Positions 54,242-64,000 of a stretch of 64,000 nucleotides of DNA are shown here, piece after piece. The DNA comes from Eledone cirrhosa (lineage: Eukaryota), in contig OZ024741.1 of assembly GCA_964016885.1 (NCBI GenBank), positions 341,372,001-341,436,000 of the forward strand. The letters run 5' to 3'. Positions within the stretch are counted from its first letter, which is position 1. Each line of letters begins with the position of its first letter. The notes below the pieces were generated by a model. That model saw nothing but the letters and a program-made list of their open reading frames with translations. It ran no database searches and was not told the origin of the DNA. A program made the translations under genes and the position numbers.

Positions 54242-54620
54242 TCACAGAGGTAAATTGTTTATGTAGCAGAGAAAATAATGTAATGAAATATCTTATCCAT
54301 TTATAGTTGCAAAGATAAAAGAGGGGAAAACAAGAATGGAGGAATTTTATTGGAAAATATGTAATAACATTTTTCATCAAAATTCCTTTTTGGTCTGAAG
54401 TAAACATTTTCAGGAATGATATCAGGAATATAATACATAGATTTGATATATATATACACACACATAGACAGTATATATCTGAGTGAATGTGCGTGTATAT
54501 ATATATTGTGTATGTATACATCATCCAACCGATGCAAGCATGGAAAAGCAGGCGTAAAAACGATGATGATGACTATATATATATATATGTATATGCATAT
54601 TTATATATGTACATATATGA

Positions 54621-54667
<47 letters not shown>

Positions 54668-54671
54668 TATA

Positions 54672-55299
54672 CGTTATAAGGGCCAGACACATTATAAAAA
54701 TGGCTGTGAAGTGACAAGCCAAGCAGCCGAAAAAATGAGCAATCTAAACAGGTTAACAAAAATTACCTGGACCTTCCAGTGGGAGGTTTCTGTGACTCCT
54801 AAATCAAGTATACTGTCTGCTTCCGGGCCTAGCAATTAATTAGTTAATTCAATTAGACAATTCTATTAACTGATTAATTGTTTAAGTTTATTCAAAAACA
54901 ACCTGGTCGAGAGCTTACTTCGATTTGTGCAGTTTTTTGCAATTTTTTGCAATTCTTTTACACATTTTGAATGCACCCGCCAAAAACAGAGGTTACCTCC
55001 TTTGCAGGGTAACCACGTGGGATAATGGCTTCACTAATGCTTCATTTCAACCCGTAGGCGGTTGAGAGCAAAAACCTGTTGACAAAGTGTCTACCTTGTT
55101 CGATCATTATACCAAAAGCTTACAACGAAAGCAGACAGTATACTTGATTTAGAGTCACAGAAACCTCCCATTGGATTATACCACCATGTCCCAGGAAGGT
55201 CCAACTAATTTTTGTTAACCTGTTTATATTGCTCGTTTTTCTGGCTGCCTGGCTTGTCACTTCACAGCCATTTTTATAATGTGTCTGGCCCTTATAACA
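54672..55299. mobile_element. MITE with ~150-bp TIRs and TA flanks (Tc1/mariner-like)
   Basis: TA|CGTTATAAGGGCCAGACACATTATAAAAATGGCTGTG.. and ..CACAGCCATTTTTATAATGTGTCTGGCCCTTATAACA|TA. Confidence 0.85.
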
Positions 55300-55689
55300 T
55301 ATGTTAATTGCTCTGGCTTCTTCCTAGTCCATTGAGCGTTTGCCTGCATATCTTGAAAATTGCATTTCGTTTTGTTTTGGCTGCCACCGAAATACGATTC
55401 GCTGAAATTATATTTATATACATATATATATATATACACACAAACACACACATAAATACAAACGCAAATACATATATATATATACATACACTGCCATATA
55501 AATATACATAGATACATGCATGCATACCCTCACACACACACATATATGTGTGTATATATATATATACATATTACATTCAAAGTTATGGATGTCATGATTG
55601 AGATAATCTTAAACATGTCGTGTCTCCAACTATTTATTTTCACTTCATGTTTTATATTTATTTTTAGTTCTATTTTTGCCCCGCCCTTT

Positions 55690-55865
55690 AATTTTTTCCC
55701 CCACTAACTGCCCCCTCACTCATTCTTGGAGTTCCTCCCCCAACTTTCATGATGAAGGATTTATGTCCAAAACGTTGTAAACAACCCCACCCCCTACTCT
55801 AAGCAAGCATGAAGCTAATAACACAATATAACATTTACTCTACATTTACTTTCTTTGTTTGTTAT
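55690..55865 (+). mobile_element. Penelope-like 3' remnant with a mutated hammerhead core
   Basis: ATGATGAAGGATTTATGTCCAAAACGTTGTA at 55749-55779, with C3 and G12 lost. Homologous to 32500-32685. Confidence 0.5.
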
Positions 55866-56009
55866 TTCGAATTATATATATATATATATACAGAAGCGAA
55901 AAGCGAAAACCAACCAAACAGTGAGTGTGTTCTGTTATTAATTCTGGTAATAATACACAAATATGACCCTCCCCAAGTATAACAATATATATATATATAT
56001 ATATATATA

Positions 56010-56925
56010 TTCAGAACTGGATGGAAAAAGTTCAGAGAGCTTATACCACTATTAGCCGCTAAAGGGTTCTCCCTAAAAATGAAAGGCAGGTTATACGATG
56101 CCTGCATACGAACAGCAATGTTGCATGGCAGTGAGACCTGAGCATTGTGTGCAGAGGATATACGCAGACTAGAGAGGAACGAAGCTTGCATGCTCCGCTG
56201 GATGTGTAACAGTAATATACGTGAACGGCAAAGCATAAGCGAACTAAGGAAAAAATTAGAAATAAGAGGGATCAGATGTTGTTTACTCGAGAGAAGGCTA
56301 CGTTGGTATGGTCACGTGATGCGCATGAAAGACGACAGCTGTATAACAAAGTGCAGGGCAATAAAGATAGACGGTAGCCACGGAGTAGGCAGACCCAGAA
56401 AAACCTGGGACGACCTGATAAATTCTGACCTCACACACTTACACCTCTCCAAGACAATGTCACTGGACCGAGATCTTTGGCGGTACTCAGTAATAGAGAA
56501 GACCCGCCTTACCTAAATACAAAGTAAAACCTACTACAGTCAGTAGGCATCTCTAACAAAACACACCCCCGTCCCACCACCCCCACCCCATCCACACCGC
56601 CCCTTTCAATGTAAAGTTATGTTGGTGCCACAACATCCAGGCCGAAACAAATGAGATCGTGTAGGTGTCACGACAAAAAAACACACAGTCCACGCTGTAA
56701 TGTGGCCGTGTAGGCAACACGGTAAAAACCTTGCAACCCCACACTGTAAATGTGGTTGGTGTTAGGAAGGGCATCCAGCTGTAGAAAACTCGCCAGACAG
56801 TCCTATGCGAGCAAGACAACCACTCTTGCCTCAAGTGGGAAAACTCCCGTCCAAACCCATGCAAGCGTGGAACATGGACGTTAAACAACAACAACAACAA
56901 CAACGACGACGACGACGACGACGAC

Positions 56926-56928
<3 letters not shown>
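56010..56928 (+). mobile_element. 5'-truncated RTE LINE (family of 22783-24478)
   Basis: Near-identical to 23610-24460. Tail changed to (AAC)n(GAC)n. Confidence 0.95.
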
Positions 56929-56962
<34 letters not shown>

Positions 56963-56963
<1 letters not shown>

Positions 56964-57355
56964 AGGCACATGGCTTAGTGGTTAGAGCATTGAGCTTGCA
57001 ATCGAAATGGTTGTCAGTTCAATTCTCAGACCGGGTGATGTGTTGTTTCCTTGAGCAAGACACTTTATTTCACATTGCTCCAGTTTACTAGCTGTAGAAA
57101 TGAGATGATAGGACTGGGGTCCATATCATTCCACTGCAAAGTGGTTGTGGAGGTGCCATGGCAAAAAAGCACCCAACCCACACTGTAAAGTGGACGTGTA
57201 GGTGCCACGGAAAATAAAGCACCCAGCACTCACTGTAAATGAGGTTGGTTTTAGGAAGGGCATCTAGCTCTAGAAATCCAGCCAGAATCAGTTCCCATCC
57301 CACCCTTACAAACAAGGAAAAGCGGACGTAAATGATGATGATGATGATGATGATA
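56963..57355 (+). mobile_element. Full SINE (tRNA head, CORE-like middle, RTE tail)
   Basis: Same family as 59503-59888. Confidence 0.92.
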
Positions 57356-58229
57356 TACATATATACCAGTAATTTGGACTCTGTGCTGATGTCAATTAGC
57401 ATGTTTCGAACTGACAACAGTTAATCTGGCCATATATAGTTTATAGATAAAACTTTCTTGACAACATTCTTCTTTTGAGTCTCTCAAAGGAGACACACCA
57501 CATACAGTTGGTTTTCACTAAGCACAGAGATGTAGCACTTAGCCAAACACTCCAGCCCTCTCAACAAAGGCCAGATTCAACAAAGGTCAGTCTACAAAAC
57601 ATAGTAAATAGCATCTTTTGAATCATTGTACCTAAGCATACACCACAACCACAGAAGCCTTGTATCTGTATACTGTCAACAACAGGCTCATATCAGGTTT
57701 TTAAATTAATAAATACATTTAAGTAGTAACTTGGTTTTTATCTCATTACTTATGTGATGAAGCTAAATCATTTACCCAAAGAATCATCACATCATCATCA
57801 TCATATTGAATACTGTAGCTCATTTGAACACCTGCAATCTCTAGTCACACTGTATCAGGCACATAAGTCTTCACCTACACTCTACACACACATAACCACA
57901 TCACAAAGCAATCCACAAGAGAACAAGGAACCACAGTACCAACTAACATTACCAACTTATCTACTGCTATATTGGTATGTTAGTTTGTACTATGGTTCAT
58001 TGGAGAACATAAGTTTACTATGAAAGCTATATCTAACAGCACATGTGATGATTTGCCAGCAAATATAAGAGGAAGAAAATAATTGTATTTCAAGGTTAGC
58101 CTTAGGATGGGGGATAAGGGGGAAGGAGGAGGAGGAGAAGAAGAAGAAGAAATGGTGACAAAGTTATTTGAATACATGTGTGCATTTGTGTGTGGGAGTG
58201 AATTTGAGTAAGCACATATATATATATAT

Positions 58230-58443
58230 ATAGAATGGAAAACGAAAAATCAGTGATGCATCGGAACTCAATTTATTGCATATTACAATTGTTTCCCCGG
58301 CGAAACAATTGTAATACGCAATAAATTGAGTTCCGATGCATCACTGATTTTTTTGCTTTCCATTCTATCATACTCTGCTCCGTAGGAGCATAGAGTGCTC
58401 AACTGGAATACCACCTATGGATGCATCTTAGATACCATAAGAC
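58230..58443 (+). mobile_element. Fold-back Penelope-like remnant (palindrome 58230-58368 plus tail) retaining the hammerhead 3' half
   Basis: Centre GTTTC-CCCGGC-GAAAC, then GAAAC-AATT-GTA, AATAAA and the ACTC..GAGT tail hairpin. (TA)n flanks. Confidence 0.75.
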
Positions 58444-59502
58444 ATATATATATATATATATATATATTCATTTTATTATAGAAATGACTTCTATAGGACT
58501 AGAACCTTTTCATTTGTAAGAAATTATCAGGACTTTCTTGATGATTATGAATGAAACAGTTCTAGGCGGGTCCTGTATACATATATCTGCATGGTGGCTG
58601 CCAACTCGTTTTCGAGTACGGCCACTACTTTATATCCATGTAGGAGAAACCCTACCGATGGGCTGAACGAGTGTGACTTTTTAGTCCAGCCTGCGACATG
58701 AAAACTCTGGTACAAACATTACACTTGTGACAATTATTGACACATAGTGCTGGGCCCATGGTACCATGTGACGACAAGTGCAGAGAGATCTCCAGATATA
58801 AAGCAATGCATGTGCCGTGAAGCTTTTATAGTGAGCAAAGGCACTGCACAAAGCCAGTCCTCCTCTCTTAACCAAGATGATATTTACCAAAAAGAAGAAC
58901 AAGTCAACATCATTGGATACCATCAGGGTTGCAGGTGTTATATCAGAGTTTTCCTTCTCCTAGAATTCTGCCTTGACAAAGGCTAAGGGGTCATCTCTCC
59001 TGTATGTATGTATATATCTGCATGGTGGCTGCCAACTCGTTTTCGAGTACGGCCACTACTTTATATCCATATAGCCATCATATATATGTATATATCTAGG
59101 AAGGTATACACCAGTAGCCATGTATTTTAGACAATATAGTATATAACATGTATATAGACACTTACATATAAACACTCATGAAGCCAGATATCTATACACT
59201 CAACCACATACAACCACTCCCGCAACAACAAAAAAATACTTTCATGAAGAAATTTTACAATTAGATAAACAATGTATGCCCTTATTTGGACAGACAACCC
59301 CTCCTGGTGAGACAGCCAGTTAACCACCAATGCTTTCAGCAATCAGTTTGGAACTAGCTGTTGAAACAGCAAGAGCTCAACCATCGGGGCCCTGACTCTT
59401 TATAATGTAACCATACTCTACTATCCCGAGTATCAAGTACTCTGGTGAGTAATGGTTTAACCAGTTTCAAACTGAAGCTATCTTGATTTATATATGTATA
59501 TG

Positions 59503-59884
59503 GAGGCACATGGCTTAGTGGTTAGAGCATTGGCCTTGCAATCGAAAGGTTGTGAGTTCAATTCTCAGACTGGGTGATGTGTTGTTTCCTTGAGCAAGAC
59601 ACTTTATTTCACATTGCTCCAGTTTACTCAGCTGTAGAAATGAGATGATAGGACTGGGGTCCCTATCATTCCACTGCAAAGTGGTCGTGGAGGTGCCACT
59701 GTAAAAAAGCACCCAGCCCACACTGTAAAGTGGACATGTAGGTGCCACGGAAAAAAAGCACCCAGCACTCACTGTAAATGAGGTTGGTGTTAGGAAGGGC
59801 ATCCAGCTGTAGAAATCAAGCCAGAATCAGTTCCCGTCCCACGCTTGCAAGCAGGGGAAAAGCGGGCGTAAATTGAAATGATGA

Positions 59885-59888
<4 letters not shown>
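59503..59888 (+). mobile_element. Full SINE (tRNA head, CORE-like middle, RTE 3' UTR-derived tail)
   Basis: A box TGGCTTAGTGG, B box GAGTTCAATTC. The 3' ~170 nt match the RTE 3' UTR at 53970-54135. (GAT)n tail. Confidence 0.92.
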
Positions 59889-59935
<47 letters not shown>

Positions 59936-60037
59936 CGGGGTGTCCCAAAAAATGTATACACACTTTGATTATCAGTACAGGCAATATTTTTATTATACTG
60001 CTGTTGAAGTGTGTACATATTTTTTGGAGACACCATG
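59936..60037. mobile_element. ~100-bp Tc1-type MITE
   Basis: TA|CGGGGTGTCCCAAAAAATGTATACACACTT..AAGTGTGTACATATTTTTTGGAGACACCATG|TA. Confidence 0.8.
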
Positions 60038-60231
60038 TATATATATATATATACATGTTTTATATACACATACATATATACATATTTTTATATACCCACA
60101 TATGTATATACATATTTTTATATACCCACATACGTATATACATATTTTTATATACCCACATACATATATATATACATACACACACACACACATATATATA
60201 CGCATATATAGATATATACATATATATGTAT

Positions 60232-60336
<105 letters not shown>

Positions 60337-60432
60337 GGGGTCTTACTGGTTCCTATTACCCACTCTACTACCTCAAGTATTGAGTACTTTGGTGCGTTAT
60401 GGTCCACCTGGTTCCTTACCACATTTCCTTCG

Positions 60433-60474
<42 letters not shown>

Positions 60475-62060
60475 AATATATACTCTGATTTGATTCATCA
60501 ATCAATCTATTGAATTAATTAGTAATGCTCAACGGTGTCTTACATAATTAATTTTATTGATTGAGTGCTTACCATGATAGAAAAGAAAAAGAGAAGGTAA
60601 ATTCCGTGAATTTGTGAAGAACCCGTCAATAATTGTGTATAAGGATAGTGATGCATGGATAATTCCTTCATCTGCCATTAGAGGTTTTAACTGTCAGCAT
60701 GATGAAATTGGTAAAGCGACGAGATTCTCTGCTGAAATTATTAGAGACAATCTGCAGCAAGTTGTTACTCTCTTGTGTCATTCCTCAACTGTCTTCTGCA
60801 GGAATGAAGCAGTAAAAGAGGAAAAAAGAGGGAAGACATGCTGCTCAATAATATGTTTCTACCTGAAATGTTAACGAGTTTATGCATCTGGGAGGGCATC
60901 CAGCCATAGAAACCAAGCCAAAACCAGTTCTGTGTGAGCGAATTACTGTACCTCGACCTGGTCTCTCACAAAGGGACAGCCTGTCCTACCCATGATAGCA
61001 TAGAAGATGGACGTTAAATGATGATGATGACACATACATACACATATACAAAGGTTTATATCTAGCTACACAGATAGATAGACAACAGGTATAAAGCAGA
61101 CATATCTAGAGAGGTTGGTAGATAGTTAAGACAGGCAGGAAGATAGATAGACACGTAGAGCAAATAGATAGATAAGTAGATAGACAGATATACAATATTT
61201 CTGTCATGTTCAGACAGACATATAATTTACTCTGTCTGCCGGGACTGTGGGGTGGCCAGTCCACCGGGGCTGTGGGGCAGCAAGCGCATGGGCCCCCATT
61301 TGCACATAATAGTGAGAGATGGGGAGAGCAGGCGAGATGGAAGCAGTGACAGTGGGAGTTTGGTTTCTTTGTGTTCAGATCTGGTGTATATGTATATGTT
61401 TCACAGACACATTACTCATTCTAAGCCTTGCTAGCAGCAAAAGAAGGGGTTACCAAGACTATGATGATGATATAGAGAGGCTGGTTGATACGTAAGGCAG
61501 GTAGACAAACGGGCAGATAGAGAGACAGGTAGGGCAAACAGATAGACAGATAGATATAGATATACATACATGCACACATACATATACACTTACAGAGGTG
61601 TATAGCTAGCTAGACAGATACAAATCAGACAAATATAGATGGCTAACTAATAACATGTGCTTTCTTTCCTCTTTCTTTTCCTTACTTTCTTTTTCTTCTT
61701 CTCTCTCCCAACAACCTCTCGTCTCTTTTTCAATCTTTTAATGAAGGACTAGCATAAAAAACATTAAAACTTTTTGGCAATTTTACCAATCATTAAACAA
61801 ATATACCATTCTCATATTGTATTGTTCTCCTGTGTTGTGTTTCCTTCTTGACATTTATCATATGCATGTGCATATATATATATATTGTGATTATTCATGA
61901 AGTAATAATATAATCATGAGTACATTTCTCATTTATATTCAAACACTGACTATTCAAATATAATTCTCATTATCATAACATTTCCTGCTGTTTACTCTTT
62001 AAAATCACACCCACTCACACACACTCACACACACACACACACACACACAGACACACACAG

Positions 62061-62094
<34 letters not shown>

Positions 62095-62099
62095 ACACA

Positions 62100-62136
<37 letters not shown>

Positions 62137-62352
62137 TACATTGATCAAACACCACTGTATTCAGTTAATAAGTTTTTGATATACTCCTGTTTAATTGTTT
62201 TTCATTTTTACTTTAATGTTATTTTTGTTGTTGTTTCTATTGTTATTGTTGTGTTTAATTTGGTTGCTGTTTGTTGTTATTGTTGTTGTTGCTGCTTCAG
62301 TTATTTTTGTTGTTATTGTTCAATATTTTCTATTCTCAATACACAATACAAG

Positions 62353-62803
62353 TATCATCATCATCATCATCATCAACGTTTAACGTCCGTGTTCCACGCT
62401 TGCATGGGTTTGGACGGGGGTAGTCCCACTTGAGGCAAGAGTGGTTATCTTGCTCGCATAGGACTGTCTGGCAGGTTTTCTACAGTTGGATGCCCTTCCT
62501 AACACCAACCACATTTACAGTGTGGGTCTGGGAGGTTTTTACCGTGTTGCCTACACGGCCACATTACAGCGTGGACTGTGTGTTTTTTTGTCGTGACACC
62601 TACACGATCTCATTTGTTTCGGCCTGGATGGTGTGGCACCAACATAACTTTACATAGAACGGGGTGGTGTGGATGGGGTGGGGGTGGTGGTGGTGGGACG
62701 GGGGGGGGGGGGGTATTTTGTTAGAGATGCCTACTGGCTGTAGTAGGTTTTACTATGTATTTAGGTAAGGCGGGTCTTCTCTGTTACTGAGTACCGCCAA
62801 AGG
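62353..62803 (-). mobile_element. RTE 3' end (family of 22783-24478)
   Basis: Near-identical to 27390-27806. Confidence 0.92.
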
Positions 62804-62865
62804 TGTAGATTTCAAATTTGCTCTACTGCTGACTTGAGACTTGAACTACTACTACTACCACCACC

Positions 62866-62896
<31 letters not shown>

Positions 62897-63003
62897 TAAC
62901 GACTTTTAGACCCTTTCAAGTGTGGGAACAGGCTCAGGCCAGATGTGAAATGTTGTCCTTCCCAAATCTGATAATAGGTCCAGACCAGATGTTAAATATA
63001 ATC

Positions 63004-63034
<31 letters not shown>

Positions 63035-63153
63035 AACTACTGAAATGTGAAATGTTGCCCCTGTCCAGCTGGTAATAAACCCAGGACAGATGTGAAAGTG
63101 AAATGTGGGCCCACAAAGCTAGTAGATTTACTTCCCTATTTCCATCCAAGTCC

Positions 63154-63575
63154 CCAGCCCACCCTGTAAAGTGGTAGTTTTGGTGCCACAACAAAAAGCA
63201 CTCAGCTCACACTGTAAAATGGTCATGTAGGTGTCAATGAAAAAGAGCCCAGCCCACACTGTAAAGTGGTTGTGTAGGTGACATGACAAAAAGCGCCCAG
63301 TCCACACTTTTAAGTGGTCGTGTAGGTGTCATGACAAGAAGCACCCAGCCCACACTTAAAAGTGGTTGTGTAGGTGTCACGACAAAAAGCACTCAGTACA
63401 CTTTGTAAATATGGCTGGTGTTATGAATAGCATCCAGCTGTAAAAACCAAGCCAAAATCAGTTCTGTGTTAGTAAGATAGTCATCTGACCTGGCATGTCT
63501 TTTAATAGGACAATTCGTCTAACCCATGCCAGCGTGGAAAAATAAACATTAAACGATGATGATGATGATGATGAC
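63154..63575 (+). mobile_element. RTE-type 3' UTR with five tandem ~47-bp units
   Basis: Unit consensus CAGCCCACACTGTAAAGTGGTCGTGTAGGTGTCACGACAAAAAGCACC, then the conserved terminal motif and (GAT)n. Confidence 0.85.
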
Positions 63576-64000
63576 ACTTGAGAATTTCCTAATATAATAT
63601 TTTTCATTTGCATGTGCGTGTGCATGCATATGTGTGTATGTGCCTGTCTGTGTGTGTGTGTCTGTGTGTGTACATGTGCATTCATGTGTGAGTGTGTGTG
63701 TGTGTGCATGTGTCTGTGTGTGATTAGTTGCTAGTTTTGAAATCCAAATCATGTCAGCATGAAAAAAACAAACAGTAAAAGACAATCCCTAAAATAAAAC
63801 TATAATACAACCATGACAATTCAACTATTTTAATTCTCCTCAGTTCTCTTTTGAATGTTTCCATATTCCAAATTTACTTTACTGACTAGAAATACCACTG
63901 ATAAAAACACCACCATCAATCACAACAACAACAACACTATCACCACCCCTAATAACACCATCACTATCCCCCACCAGCAACAACAACAACACTATCACCA

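Noticed and set aside
57366-57592. Upstream coding exon of the host gene
   Set aside because: Weak donor (gtatat), and the frame needed to join exon 17734-17795 contains a stop.
59503-59575. tRNA gene
   Set aside because: Has A and B boxes but no acceptor stem closure. It continues into a SINE body and recurs in several copies.
63154-63394. CRISPR-like array
   Set aside because: The units are contiguous with no unique spacers, the context is eukaryotic, and there are no cas genes.

Overview
Eukaryotic, AT-rich, repeat-saturated animal DNA. The 5S rRNA sequence, the RTE LINEs with (GAT)n tails, the tRNA-derived SINEs and the dense (TA)n tracts point to a coleoid cephalopod (Octopus-like); this assignment is an inference. 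There is no intact transposon ORF and no prokaryotic-type gene. Contents: (i) two phase-compatible minus-strand coding exons of an unidentified host gene (17734-17795, 6516-6634); (ii) many decayed RTE LINEs and SINEs whose 3' UTRs contain 1-5 tandem copies of an apparent hairpin plus H-type pseudoknot module; (iii) several short Penelope-like remnants inside (TA)n tracts, often fold-back palindromes, carrying minimal type I hammerhead ribozyme motifs, two with very long stem II insertions; (iv) a ~15 kb 12-bp satellite with ~0.65 kb and ~6 kb higher-order duplications, interrupted by a CRE-like retrotransposon fragment; (v) R4/Dong-like, CR1-like, mariner, piggyBac, hAT and Tc1-type MITE remnants and a head-to-tail Helitron-like array; (vi) a solitary 5S rRNA copy. 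All structures were read by eye and no database search was run. Element boundaries are approximate to roughly 10-30 bp unless junction motifs are quoted.
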